In this document: piece by piece, positions 47,123 to 57,362 of the stretch | Numbering within the stretch: the first letter of the stretch is position 1 | How the letters are laid out: each line of letters starts with the position of its first letter | Assembly: GCA_963796685.1 (NCBI GenBank) | Contig: CAWCMR010000015.1 | Location: 224,001-288,000, forward strand | Reading direction: 5' to 3' | From: an uncultured delta proteobacterium | GTDB lineage: Bacteria; Myxococcota_A; Polyangia; Fen-1088 | DNA: 64,000 bases | Made by a program: the position numbers and the translations under genes | Notes under the pieces: model-generated | Told to the model about the DNA's origin: nothing | Seen by the model: only the letters and a program-made list of their open reading frames with translations | The model's database searches: none

Positions 47123-48297
47123 CTAGTGCTCGCGCACCGCCCGACGGTGCAGCGCCATGTGGCCGCGCTGGATGCCTTCGCCGGCCAGGGCCTTGAGCGC
47201 GGCGAGATTTTGCGCCAGACCCACGCTGCCGATGATCTCCGCCAGCTCGCGCGCGGACGTGACGCCCAGAACGCGAAGCGCGAGGCGGGCGCCGGGATGG
47301 ACCTGCAGCGTGCCTCCGACGGTGCCGACGGCCATGGGCATGGCCAGGTGGCCGATCAAGCCATCGGCTTCCGCGCGCCAGGTGGCGAGCGGCCGGTAGT
47401 GGCCATCGCGGGCGGCATACGCATGGGCACCGGCCTCGATGCCGCGCCAGTCGTTTCCCGTGGCGATCACCACCGGATCCACGCCATTCATGATGCCCTT
47501 GTTGTGGGTGGCCGCACGGTAGATGTCGTCCTCGGCGAGGCGGGAGGCCGCTTCGATCTCGCGGGCCAGCGACGCTCCGTCATCCGCGGACTTGTCGGCT
47601 ACCAGAGACGAAAACGGGACTCGGCCCGAGACGCGAACCATGCGCCTGTCGGAGAGATTGCTGAGGATCCGCAGCCCCACACGGGCAGACGCGATCTCGG
47701 CCAAGCGTCCGGCCACGGCCTCGGCCACGGTGTTGACCATGTTCGCGCCCATGGCCTCGCGGCAGTCGACGTGGATGTGTACGACCAGCCGCCTTTCGGG
47801 CAGGGTGCGAACCTCGAGATCCCGGCACCCACCCCCGCGCTCGCACAGCCGGGGCAGGGCCTGGTCGGCCCTGGCGAGGGCTCTGCACGCGCGTTCGTGA
47901 TGGCCGTGTGCGCGGCCACCGGGTCGTCCACGTCGCGCAGCTCGATCTGCGCGGTCATGATGGATTCGTCCCCTTCGGCGGTAAAACCACCACCTTCGCG
48001 CACCATGCGCGCCGCATTCGAGGCCGCCGCGATGACCGAGGGCTCCTCGACGGCCATGGGGATCAGTCGATCCACACCATTGACGAGGAAGTTCAGCCCC
48101 AGCCCGAGCGGCAGGGCGTAGATGCCGATGGCGTTCTCGACCATGCGGTCCGCGCCCACGGCCGCGATGCCGCCCGAGACGAACAGGGCGAGGTCTTCGG
48201 ACGAAAGGCCGGCTTGTCTGGCGAGCTCGGCTTGGCGCTCTTCGAGAGGTAGCCGGTAGAATCCAGGCAGACGCGAGGTCGGGTGCGGGTCAGACAT
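47123..48297 (-). CDS. mvaA: Hydroxymethylglutaryl-CoA reductase class II, frameshifted near 47880
   Basis: SRLPGFY, MVENAIG, PMAVEEPSVIAAAS, D.REAMGANMVNT, ILSNL, YRAATHNKGIMNG, TGNDWRG.EAG.H, GIQRGHM.LH. Confidence 0.9.
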
Positions 48298-49303
48298 AGA
48301 AGAGGCCCGAGCTCTCGGAGCTCGCTTCGTCTGGCAAACGACGGCGCACCCCGAGGCGATCCAGGTCGACGTCGAGTGCAACCAACGGTTTGGGCAGGGC
48401 GCGCGCGAACAGGCGCGCGGTCTCGGGTGTGGCGAACATGGCGATGCCGATGTCTCCTCCGCCCGCGCCGGACGGCTTGGCGATGCCACCCAGCTCCTTG
48501 GCCAATTCGGAGGCACGGTTGAACGCCTCGGTCACGATGGGCACCGAGGCCGCGGCGCCCAGCACGGCCAACCGCCTGCCGTACCGCCCCGCCGCAGCCA
48601 CGGCGCCGGTCGCGCTGCCGGCGCGCAGCTCGGCCACGAAGCGTTCGGCGGCTTCTCGTAAGGTCTCGATCATCTGGTGGTAGGCCGAGGGATCTTTCCT
48701 GGCGAACTTCTGCACGCCTTCGATCATGCTCGTGGTCGCGACCGACTGCCCGGTCCAGAACACGACCAGGTGCAATCCCGGAGGTGCCGTCAGGGATTCC
48801 ACCAGCGGCGTCCCGGTGGGCTGACGCTCGACCTTGACGATCCCACCATGAACCGCGGTGGCCACATCGGCGCCCGAGCCGGCTCCGCCCTGTGCGGTCC
48901 GGTGGGCTCGCAGCGCGATGGCGTAGACGCGATCGCGGTTCTTGTCGACGGGAATGCCCGCCGATTCGAACAGCGCCCCCACGGCGGCCACCGCGGTCGC
49001 CGAGCTGGAGCCCAGCCCTATCTTCTTGTCGTCCTGTCGGAAATCGTCGGTGTTCACCAGCACGGAGCCGGGAGGCAGAGCCGAGGAGGCTTCTCCGATT
49101 TCCGTCCTGGCCTGCTGGACCGCCTCGCGAACCACGTTCGACATGGGATCCATGCCAGGCACGTACTGGGCCACGGCGTGCCGGGTGACCGCGGCCAGCA
49201 CCGCCGGACCTTCCTCGAGAATGGCATATTCGCCGACCAGGAAGATCTTTCCTGGCGCAATGACCACCGGAGTACCTACGAGGGTGCTGCGTTCGCCGCC
49301 CAT
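48290..49303 (-). CDS. Phosphomevalonate kinase (GHMP family)
   Basis: APGKIFLVGEYAIL, KIGLGSSSA, GSGADVA, KPSGAGGGD; position in the operon. Confidence 0.85.
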   Translation of the reverse strand: MGGERSTLVGTPVVIAPGKIFLVGEYAILEEGPAVLAAVTRHAVAQYVPGMDPMSNVVREAVQQARTEIGEASSALPPGSVLVNTDDFRQDDKKIGLGSSSATAVAAVGALFESAGIPVDKNRDRVYAIALRAHRTAQGGAGSGADVATAVHGGIVKVERQPTGTPLVESLTAPPGLHLVVFWTGQSVATTSMIEGVQKFARKDPSAYHQMIETLREAAERFVAELRAGSATGAVAAAGRYGRRLAVLGAAASVPIVTEAFNRASELAKELGGIAKPSGAGGGDIGIAMFATPETARLFARALPKPLVALDVDLDRLGVRRRLPDEASSESSGLFYV

Positions 49304-50320
49304 TCAGTTCTCGTTGAGGATATGCGCCCCTTGGCCAGGGGCAAGGAGCAAGACTCTCATGACTCCGGGGGTGGCGGCCAGCGCGGCCTGAACGTGGGAC
49401 GCGTCGACGGCCTTGCACAGCACCTTGACGTGTGGTCCCGCGTCGATGGTGAAGAAGGCCGACGTGCCGCCGTCGCGCAGGCTCTTCACCGTTGCCATGG
49501 CGGCCACGGTCGCCGGGTTCCAGTACAGGATGTACGGATCCGCGGCGAGGGCGCAGGCATGCATGCGCAGGGCGCTCCGCTCGGCCACGGCGCCGAGCGC
49601 GACCAGATCGCGAGACGCGACGGCGGCGCGCGCCTCGGCCAGATCGACGGGCACGGAGCCCAGCCAACCCTGGTAGTAGGGCGAGGTCAGCGCGGTTCGT
49701 TCCATGGCAGCCGTCGAGCCGATGGCCTTCTCGCCTTCGGCCGTGATGGCCACGCACAGCCGGACGTCCCATGCCGCTTCGTCGAGTAGCCCATGTGCGA
49801 CGGCGTCCGAGCCGTCGGCGCGCGACCCGGCCGACATCTCGACGAAGCCACCGAAGATCGATCGCGCCGCGGAGCCTGACCCCCTGCGGGCGAGCGCCGA
49901 AAGCTCGGCGGGCGGCAGTCTCAAGCCGGCGGCTCGCGATGCCGCCAGGGCCAGGGCCGCGAAGCCAGCCGCCGACGAAGCCAGGCCTGCCGCGGTCGGT
50001 ACACTGTTCGCGGTCGTCACCTCGGCGGGAAGGCGAATGCCCGCGCGGGCACGCACCAGGTCGAGGAAGCGCTGCACACGCTCGGCGAATCTTGGCTCGG
50101 CGAGAGCTTCCCCGAACAGGACGCGGTCGCGGCCATCGGACTCGCCGAGGTCGGTCGCGAAGCGAACCGTGGTTTCGCTACCCAGGTCCGCGAGGGTGAG
50201 CGACAGGCTGCCGGCTGCGGGCAAGTTGAGCGCGGCATCGCGCTTGCCCCAGTACTTGACCAGGGCGATGTTGGTGCCCGCGCGCGCGGTCACGGATTTG
50301 GGCAAAGGGATGTCAGTCAT
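49304..50320 (-). CDS. mvaD: Diphosphomevalonate decarboxylase
   Basis: NIALVKYWGK, PTAAGLASSA, ARRGSGSAARS, TIDAGPHVK. Confidence 0.93.
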   Translation of the reverse strand: MTDIPLPKSVTARAGTNIALVKYWGKRDAALNLPAAGSLSLTLADLGSETTVRFATDLGESDGRDRVLFGEALAEPRFAERVQRFLDLVRARAGIRLPAEVTTANSVPTAAGLASSAAGFAALALAASRAAGLRLPPAELSALARRGSGSAARSIFGGFVEMSAGSRADGSDAVAHGLLDEAAWDVRLCVAITAEGEKAIGSTAAMERTALTSPYYQGWLGSVPVDLAEARAAVASRDLVALGAVAERSALRMHACALAADPYILYWNPATVAAMATVKSLRDGGTSAFFTIDAGPHVKVLCKAVDASHVQAALAATPGVMRVLLLAPGQGAHILNEN

Positions 50321-51223
50321 GGCCGATGGTGGTGGTGAACCCGTAGTAACCCTTGCCGCGCCAGCGGCGCAAGACCTCGTCGCCATGCTCGACCGCGAGT
50401 GCGATGACCGCGCCGCCACCACCGGCCCCGGTCAGCTTGGCGCCGAGCGCGCCGGCCGCGCGCGCGGTGTGGACCAGGTCGTCGAGCGCGGGGGTGGAGA
50501 CGCCCACTCCGGAAAGCAGCCCGTGCGCCATGTTGAACAGGCGCGCCAGCGCGGCGATGTCGCCCACGGCCAGGGCGTCCATGCCCGCGCGCGCGAGATC
50601 CCCCATGGCATCGACCAAACGTCGCGCGACCGGTGTGCCGGTACAGAGAGCCGCCACGCCTGCGACCAGGACGCCCGTGTCATGGGACTGGCCGGAAAGC
50701 CCGATGCACAGCTCGAAGGGCGTCCTGAGAGGAGATCCCTCCAGCCATTCTGCTTGTCGAATTGGCCGAGCCGGCCGCGGCTGGCGGCGGCGGCGTCGAT
50801 GCCCGAGGGGGTCCGGTGAAAGACCGACTCGGCGGCCGCGACGGCGGCCAGCATGTCGCTGTCGCCCGCACCCGTGCGAGCGGCGATGGCCCGCGCGATG
50901 GCCACGGCCATGGCGGCCGAGCTACCTAAGCCGGCCCGTGCCGGGACTTCCGATTCCAACCAGAAATCCAGGCCAGCGCCGTCCGTGTTCAGGCGTTCGA
51001 GCAATCGGTGCACGGCCTGGCCGGGCAACGAGTCGTCGCCCACCTGCGCTTCCAGCGCCCAGGCCGGGGCCGAAATGGCCCCGCTGCCCGCTTCGACGTG
51101 GGCGCGAACCCCGGCGCGAATTCCGGCGGCCACCGCGGGATGGCCGAACACGACGGCGTGCTCGCCGAGCAGGATGACCTTGCCGTGCCCGAAGCCGGTC
51201 GAGCTGTCTGCGACTCCGCTCAT
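50313..51223 (-). CDS. mvk: Mevalonate kinase, frameshifted near 50732
   Basis: [30 protein letters not shown], and after the shift [11 protein letters not shown]. Confidence 0.9.
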
Positions 51224-52302
51224 GACGGGCATTGCGCGAGCCAGTCGCGGAGCTCGCCCGTGACGACTTTCGGTGCCTGGGCCAGAGCCGAAGCCCGCGC
51301 CACTCCGGCCAACATGCACGCCGTGCGGAGCCCGTCGATGACCGAGGCCAGGAAGCGGGTCGCGCCCGCTGCGCCGCCCTTGCCCGCAGCCACGAGGACC
51401 GGTTGGGCCAGTCCCACCACGCGCGCGCCAAGAGCCAGGGCGCGCGCCACGTCGAGCCCGCTGCGAATGCCGCCCGAGGCGATGATTTCGGGGCGCAGCT
51501 TGGAATCGGCGAGCCAACCCACGCAGGCCGCGGTGGGAAGGCCCCATTCGTGAAAGAGGGCGCCGCGCGACGCTTGCTCACCCTTGGCGCGCAGGGCCTC
51601 GATGGCGATCCACGAGGTTCCGCCAGCGCCCGACACGTCGATGGCGGCGACGCCGGCCTCGTCCAGGCTGCGCGCGACCGCCGGCGAAATTCCGCAACCG
51701 GTCTCCTTGACGACGACGGGCTTGCCCAATTCCCTGGCCAGCCGCCGGATGGTGGCAAGGCCGGCGCGGAAGTCGGTGTCCCCTCCGGGCTGCGCCAGCT
51801 CCTGCCCGACGTTCAGGTGGATGGCCAGGGCGTCTGCGCCCACGCGCTCGACGGCCGCGACGACGGCGCTGGTCTTCATGCCCGCCAGCTGCACGACGCC
51901 GAAATTGGCGAGCAGGAGCACGTCCGGGGCCACGTCGCGCACCTCGTAGGTCGCGGCCAGCTCGGGCTTGTCCAGCATGGGGCGCTGGCTGCCGAGGCCG
52001 AAGGCGATGCCGAGCGACTGGGCCGCCCTGGCCAGGTCACGGTTGATGGCGCGACCCTCGCGGGTGCCTCCCGTCATGCCGGTGATGAGGATGGGCGCGG
52101 CAAGCTTGCGGCCGAGGAGCGTGGTGCCGAGCTCGATATCGGCGAAGGCCAGCTCGGGCAGGGCACAGTGAACGAGGTGTACATGCTCGAGCAAGGTCGA
52201 GCGCTGGTAGGCGCCCGCGCCAGAACGGGCGATCTGGATGTGATCGGCCTTGCGTTGGGCAATGTCGGTCGGTGGTTTGCGCGGCATGCGAAAGACGGAC
52301 AT
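51220..52302 (-). CDS. fni: Type 2 isopentenyl-diphosphate delta-isomerase
   Basis: RKADHI, ITGMTGG, GSQR, HLN..QE..QP.GD, VKETGCG, GAGGTSW, ASGGIR.G.D. Confidence 0.93.
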   Translation of the reverse strand: MSVFRMPRKPPTDIAQRKADHIQIARSGAGAYQRSTLLEHVHLVHCALPELAFADIELGTTLLGRKLAAPILITGMTGGTREGRAINRDLARAAQSLGIAFGLGSQRPMLDKPELAATYEVRDVAPDVLLLANFGVVQLAGMKTSAVVAAVERVGADALAIHLNVGQELAQPGGDTDFRAGLATIRRLARELGKPVVVKETGCGISPAVARSLDEAGVAAIDVSGAGGTSWIAIEALRAKGEQASRGALFHEWGLPTAACVGWLADSKLRPEIIASGGIRSGLDVARALALGARVVGLAQPVLVAAGKGGAAGATRFLASVIDGLRTACMLAGVARASALAQAPKVVTGELRDWLAQCPS

Positions 52303-52344
52303 TTGAGCACGCGGGTGGCTGCTCGTCGAGGGGCGAGGTTGGTG

Positions 52345-52429
52345 CCTAGGAGGCTGGTGTCAAACGGCTCCCGTCGCTTGGCGGGCTGCGGGACCCGCCC
52401 GCTTCGTTGCTCGTCGGTTAAATACCTAG
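52345..52429. mobile_element. Half copy of the CTAG-flanked MITE
   Basis: About 80 bp nearly identical to the reverse complement of 57164-57244; bounded by CTAG at 52346 and 52426. Confidence 0.8.
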
Positions 52430-53748
52430 CGTTCCTGAGCGGTCTTGGCTGTCTTCAAAAACTCTTGCCACCCGACCAGGTGGTTGATTTCGGCGAGCAC
52501 GCGGCCGTCGGGGGTGGCCACGCGCACCGCGGGCAGGGTATCGACGTGGTACTTGGCCTTGATGGGAGCAAGCGAAACGTCCTCGCTCTCGCGGCTGAGA
52601 TCGATACGAAGCAGAACGAAGTCGGCCAGGGTGGGGGCGACGTCGGGACGGCCGAAGACCTTCACGTCCATTTCCTGGCACGGCAGGCACCAGTCGGCCA
52701 TGAAGTCCACCAGCATGGGTTTTCCCTGGGCGCGTGCCGCGGCCACGGCGGCGGGCTCGGAGCGCAGCCAGTCGATGTGAATCGCCGGTGTCAGAAGGTA
52801 GTTGATGAACCCGAGGAGACCGGCCGCGACCAGCACGATGCCGGCCGCCTTGCGCACCGCCTGCCGGACGCCGGCCGAAAATGAAAGGTGTACGGCGCCG
52901 AGAACGAGACCGGCGCCTACTGCGACGGCGGTGCCAACCAGGAAGGGGTTGCCGCGTCCGGTGAGCCGCCCGAGCGCGGGCACGATGGGGCGCAAGTAGT
53001 AGAGCCCAGCCACGACCAGCGCGATGCCGAACACGCTCTTGACCGCGTTCATCCACGGACCGGATTTCGGCAATTGCATCGAGAAGCCGGCGATGGCCCA
53101 GAAGGGGACACCGATCCCGGCAGCGTAGGTGGCGAGCAGGAGGAATCCGTTCCCGGCATCGTGCGTAGTCGCGACGTAGGCCAAGATCCCGGCCAGCGGC
53201 GGGCCGGTACAGGGTGCGGCGATGAGACCGCCCACCAGGCCCATGAAGAAGGCGCCTACCAAGCCTCGGCCACCGACGCGCGACAGGCGCTCGTGCACGG
53301 ACGCCGGCAGAGCCAAATCGAAGGCGCCGAACATGGAGGCCGCCATGGCGAAGAAGAACAACGCCAGCGGCACGACGACGAAGGGGTTGGCCAAGAATGT
53401 TCCGAAGGCCCTGCCGAGCAGGGCGAAGGTCGTGCCCAGCGTTCCGAACATGACGGCGATTCCGGCAACGTAGGCCGTGGCAAGCAGAAAAGCTCGCCCG
53501 CGCGACGAGGCGCCGCGCGCGCCGAAGATGCTGATGGTGATGGGAATCATCGGATACACGCAAGGCGTGAGCGAGGTCAGAAACCCCGCGGTCAAGGCGA
53601 AAACGAAGGCGTTCAGTGTTCCCCTGCTGGCCGCGGTGGCGAAGTCGCCCGCGTGCGCGGCGGTGGGCAGCAGGAGCGCGGTGATGAATGCCCCGAAGCC
53701 CTCGACTGCCAGCCAAGCAGAGCCCGGACGATTGCAAATGTTCGGCAC
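52426..53748 (-). CDS. dsbD: DsbD/CcdA-like thiol:disulfide interchange protein with thioredoxin domain
   Basis: LTPCVYPMIPI, APCTGP, LPKSGPWM..VK, DF.ADWCLPC. Confidence 0.88.
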   Translation of the reverse strand: MPNICNRPGSAWLAVEGFGAFITALLLPTAAHAGDFATAASRGTLNAFVFALTAGFLTSLTPCVYPMIPITISIFGARGASSRGRAFLLATAYVAGIAVMFGTLGTTFALLGRAFGTFLANPFVVVPLALFFFAMAASMFGAFDLALPASVHERLSRVGGRGLVGAFFMGLVGGLIAAPCTGPPLAGILAYVATTHDAGNGFLLLATYAAGIGVPFWAIAGFSMQLPKSGPWMNAVKSVFGIALVVAGLYYLRPIVPALGRLTGRGNPFLVGTAVAVGAGLVLGAVHLSFSAGVRQAVRKAAGIVLVAAGLLGFINYLLTPAIHIDWLRSEPAAVAAARAQGKPMLVDFMADWCLPCQEMDVKVFGRPDVAPTLADFVLLRIDLSRESEDVSLAPIKAKYHVDTLPAVRVATPDGRVLAEINHLVGWQEFLKTAKTAQER

Positions 53749-53807
53749 CCTTCAGATCTAGCACACGAGGTCCGGCTGTGACATCGACCACACGATGCGC
53801 GGGCGAC

Positions 53808-54578
53808 CTATGGCTTGGGCTCGGCAGGGATGGGGCGAAGGATCTGTCCCTGCTTGGGCACGCCATTGCCCTTTTCCCACTTCCCCTGCGCGACCATCAC
53901 CTGGTAGTCGGAAAAACGCATGGGGCGCGTGGCGATGGGTTGGTACGAGCCGAGAAAACCGAAGTGCAAGTGCGGCGTCACGGCGTTGCCGGAGTTTCCA
54001 CAGCGGCCGATCATTTGGCCGGCGTGAACGATGTCCCCGACCTTCACCGCGATCGAGCCGCGCTGAAGGTGGCGAAACTCGCTGAGCTCGTCAGGCGTGT
54101 GCTCGAGGATGACGAAGTTGCCCGGCTCGTGCTTGCGCGACTCGTGAAACGGCAGCAGCTCGCGTTCGCCGTCTCTGGCCCACACCACGCGGCCGTCGGC
54201 CGGGGCCAAGATCGGCCTGCCGTAGCACGGATGATCGGCCAAGCGCTTGCGCTTGCGGAACACGCTCTCGCTCACGATGGGCTCGGCGGGAACGAAGTCG
54301 AGCGCGTAGGCGGCATAGCCGCTGTGGGTGCCGCCGCTGTCCATGCCTTGCAGCACCCCCCAGGCACCGTCGAAGGGCAGGCGCAACTTGGTCTTCTGCT
54401 CAGGCGCCGAGCTCAGGGCGACGGCGCCAGCCGGCGGCTCGCGCAGCGGTCGGGCCTTGGCGGTTTTCGACGGATTGGCGAGCGTCGTGGACGGGGACAG
54501 TCCGAGCAGTCCGACAAGGCTCCACGCCGGCCAGCCGAGGCCGGCCGAGCCCTTTCGCGGAATGCGTCGAGCGAGCAT
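53808..54578 (-). CDS. M23 family metallopeptidase, secreted
   Basis: H...A.D, APADGRVV, GNFV..EH, HLQ.GS..V..G..V..GQ.IG.CGNSGN...PHLHF. Confidence 0.85.
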   Translation of the reverse strand: MLARRIPRKGSAGLGWPAWSLVGLLGLSPSTTLANPSKTAKARPLREPPAGAVALSSAPEQKTKLRLPFDGAWGVLQGMDSGGTHSGYAAYALDFVPAEPIVSESVFRKRKRLADHPCYGRPILAPADGRVVWARDGERELLPFHESRKHEPGNFVILEHTPDELSEFRHLQRGSIAVKVGDIVHAGQMIGRCGNSGNAVTPHLHFGFLGSYQPIATRPMRFSDYQVMVAQGKWEKGNGVPKQGQILRPIPAEPKP

Positions 54579-54773
54579 GGCGCCCCTATCATAGGCACAT
54601 CGCCGGGTGCCGAGGCACGCCTCGACCAGACGCTCTCTCCTCCTGCTGGGATACATCTCGTTGACGATTCAATAGCCTCGGCCAGCTTGCTGCGTTGTGG
54701 CTCTATCCATGCCGATTGGGCTGGTAGGATTTTCTTGCCGCCCTGGGCCTAATTCATGGCATACTTCGTCACT

Positions 54774-55016
54774 ATGCGAATCATCAGACGTTACTCCAAC
54801 CGCAAGCTGTACGACACGCAGGAGAGCCACTATGTGACTCTCACTCAGGTCGCCGCACTGGTCCGCAACGGTGAAGAAATCCGAGTCATCGCCAAGGACA
54901 CGAACAGCGACCTGACCGCCGCCACCCTCGCTCTCATCATTTTCGAGGAGGAGAAGCGCGGGCCGCGCCTGCCGGTTGCGGGATTGCGCCGGATCATCCA
55001 GACCGGCGAGATCTAG
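54774..55016 (+). CDS. PhaR-like DNA-binding-domain protein (second copy)
   Basis: [20 protein letters not shown]...[14 protein letters not shown]; close paralog of 20186-20434. Confidence 0.85.
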   Translation: MRIIRRYSNRKLYDTQESHYVTLTQVAALVRNGEEIRVIAKDTNSDLTAATLALIIFEEEKRGPRLPVAGLRRIIQTGEI

Positions 55017-57006
55017 CTCGCTTCCGATTGGTGAATCGGTTCTCATGCCCCGGGCGCTCCGGCGGCACGAGGCAATCCTTGCCGTGACCAATGAGCTCCC
55101 TGCGCCCCATGCGCGCAAGAGACTGACGTATGAGTGGCCAGTTGGCCGGATCGTGGTAGCGCAAGAACGCCTTGTGCAGCCTTCGCCGAGTCTCTCCCTT
55201 GATGATCGGCATGTCGCCATGGGTCGTCGGATCTGCGCGTTGTAGGGGATTGTGTCCGGTGTGGTACATGGCGGTTGCCAAGGCCATGGGTGTGGGCAAG
55301 AAGGCCTGGACCTGGTCGGGCCGAAACCCGTTACGCTTGCACCACAGGGCCAGGTCCACCATGTCCTCGTCGGTCGTGCCGGGGTGGGCGGCCATGAAGT
55401 AGGGGATGAGGTACTGTTCCTTGCCGGCCTCGCGTGAGAATCGGTCGAACAGGGCGCGAAACTTTTCGTAGCTGGCGATGCCCGGTTTTTGCATCTTGGC
55501 CAGGGGCCCGGGCTGCGTGTGCTCGGGCGCGATCTTGAGATAGCCCCCCACGTGATGCTTGACCAGCTCTTCGACGTATTCCGGGGATCGGACCGCGAGG
55601 TCGTAGCGGATCCCGGAGCCGATGGTGATCTTCTTGACACCCTTGATCTGGCGCGCTCGCCGATAAAGGCGAATGAGTGCGCCGTGGTCGGTGTCGAGGT
55701 TGGAGCAGACGCCGGGATAGACGCAGGAAAGACGACGGCAGGCGGCCTCGAAGGCGGGGTCGCGGCACGCCAGGCGGTACATGTTGGCGGTCGGGCCGCC
55801 CAAATCGGAAATGACCCCGGTGAATCCAGGGGTCTTGTCGCGCACGGCTTCGATCTCGCGCACGATGGAGGTTTCCGAGCGGTTCTGGATGATGCGGCCT
55901 TCGTGCTCGGTGAGCGAGCAGAACGTACAGCCACCGAAACATCCACGCATGATGGCCACCGAGCTCTTGATCATCTCGTAGGCCGGGATCGGCTGGTTGC
56001 CGTAGCCGGGATGGGGCCGGCGCGAGTAAGGAAGATCGTAGACCGCGTCCAGATCGGCGGTGGGCAAGGGCAGGGTGGGTGGGTTCAGCCACACGTCGCG
56101 ATCGGCGTGTCGTTGAACCAGGGCACGCGCGTTGCCGGGGTTGGACTCGAGGTGCAGTACGCGCGAGGCGTGGGCATAGAGGCGCGCCGAGCGCGACACC
56201 GCCTCGAAGCTCGGGATGCGCACCACCGTGGTTGCGGCGGACAGCCCGGCGGCGTGCAACGACTGGCCAGGTGCGCGCGCGTCCAGCTCCGAAAATCCCT
56301 CGGGGCGGCTGCCCGCCGGCCGTGAGAACGCGGTGCCTCGGATGTCCATGAGGTCGCGCACCTTCTCGCGGCCGGCCAGGCGGTGGGCGATCTCGACCAC
56401 CTGTCGCTCGCCATTGCCGAACACCAAGAGATCGGCCTTGGCATCGAGCAGGATCGACCGGCGGACCTTCTCCGACCAGTAGTCGAAATGGGCGGCGCGC
56501 CGCAAGCTCGCCTCGATGCCGCCGAGGATGATGGGGACGTCCGGGAAGGCCTCGCGACAGCGCTGGGCGTAGACCACGGCCGCGCGGTCGGGGCGCATCC
56601 CCGCCTTGCCGCCCGGCGAGTAGGCATCGTCGCTGCGGATGCGGCGTTCGGAGGTGTAGTGGTTGACCATGGAGTCCATGTTGCCCGCGGTGATGCCGAG
56701 CATGACGGTGGGCTCGCCCAGGGCGGCGAAGGATTTGGCCGAGCGCCAATCCGGCTGCGCGATGATACCGACCCGAAAGCCCTGCTCTTCGAGCACCCGC
56801 CCAATCAAGGCGGCGCCGAAGCTCGGGTGATCGATGTACGCGTCGCCGCTTACCAGGATGACGTCGCAGGCATCCCAGCCAAGCGCATCCATTTCCTGAC
56901 GGGACATGGGCAACACCGTCGACGGCCCCAAACGTTTCGCCCAGTGTTTGCGCCGGGCGAAGAGCGACGGGCGCAGATGCGCCGGGGAAACGACGAGCTC
57001 GTGCAT
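54994..57006 (-). CDS. ygiQ: YgiQ family radical SAM protein
   Basis: [72 protein letters not shown]. Confidence 0.92.
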   Translation of the reverse strand: MHELVVSPAHLRPSLFARRKHWAKRLGPSTVLPMSRQEMDALGWDACDVILVSGDAYIDHPSFGAALIGRVLEEQGFRVGIIAQPDWRSAKSFAALGEPTVMLGITAGNMDSMVNHYTSERRIRSDDAYSPGGKAGMRPDRAAVVYAQRCREAFPDVPIILGGIEASLRRAAHFDYWSEKVRRSILLDAKADLLVFGNGERQVVEIAHRLAGREKVRDLMDIRGTAFSRPAGSRPEGFSELDARAPGQSLHAAGLSAATTVVRIPSFEAVSRSARLYAHASRVLHLESNPGNARALVQRHADRDVWLNPPTLPLPTADLDAVYDLPYSRRPHPGYGNQPIPAYEMIKSSVAIMRGCFGGCTFCSLTEHEGRIIQNRSETSIVREIEAVRDKTPGFTGVISDLGGPTANMYRLACRDPAFEAACRRLSCVYPGVCSNLDTDHGALIRLYRRARQIKGVKKITIGSGIRYDLAVRSPEYVEELVKHHVGGYLKIAPEHTQPGPLAKMQKPGIASYEKFRALFDRFSREAGKEQYLIPYFMAAHPGTTDEDMVDLALWCKRNGFRPDQVQAFLPTPMALATAMYHTGHNPLQRADPTTHGDMPIIKGETRRRLHKAFLRYHDPANWPLIRQSLARMGRRELIGHGKDCLVPPERPGHENRFTNRKRARSRRSG

Positions 57007-57076
57007 GGCCCCATCCCGCGATCTCGTCCGGCCGGTCTTGGGAGGCTGTTCTTGCACGGCTGCCAACTCTAGCAGG

Positions 57077-57244
57077 CCTAGGAGGTTGGTGTTAAATGGC
57101 GGACCGAGCTCTGGCGGAGCGAGGCGCCCCGGCCGCGAGGCGCGAGGAGGGCGAATACTGGACGTATTTAACCGACGAGCAACGAAGCGGACGGGGCCCG
57201 CAGCCCGCCAAGCGACGGGAGCCGTTTGACACCAGCCTCCTAGG
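57077..57244. mobile_element. Non-autonomous MITE (~160 bp) with terminal inverted repeats and CTAG ends
   Basis: The left end CCTAGGAGGTTGGTGTTAAATGGC matches the reverse complement of the right end, CCTAGGAGGCTGGTGTCAAACGGC, at 21 of 24 positions. No ORF of transposase size. Confidence 0.85.
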
Positions 57245-57362
57245 ATGGGTTCGTGGTCGTCCCGAGCACGATGTCCGTCGCTGAGCTGCACAAATAGGCA
57301 TCGACAGGCCGATAAACCAAGATGTAGCATGCCTTACCCTTTTCACCTGTCTCTCGGAGCAA

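Noticed and set aside
47123-51223. True pseudogenisation or programmed frameshifting of mvaA and mvk
   Set aside because: No slippery heptamer, both halves are well conserved, the pathway is probably essential and similar indels recur across the window; sequencing error is more parsimonious.
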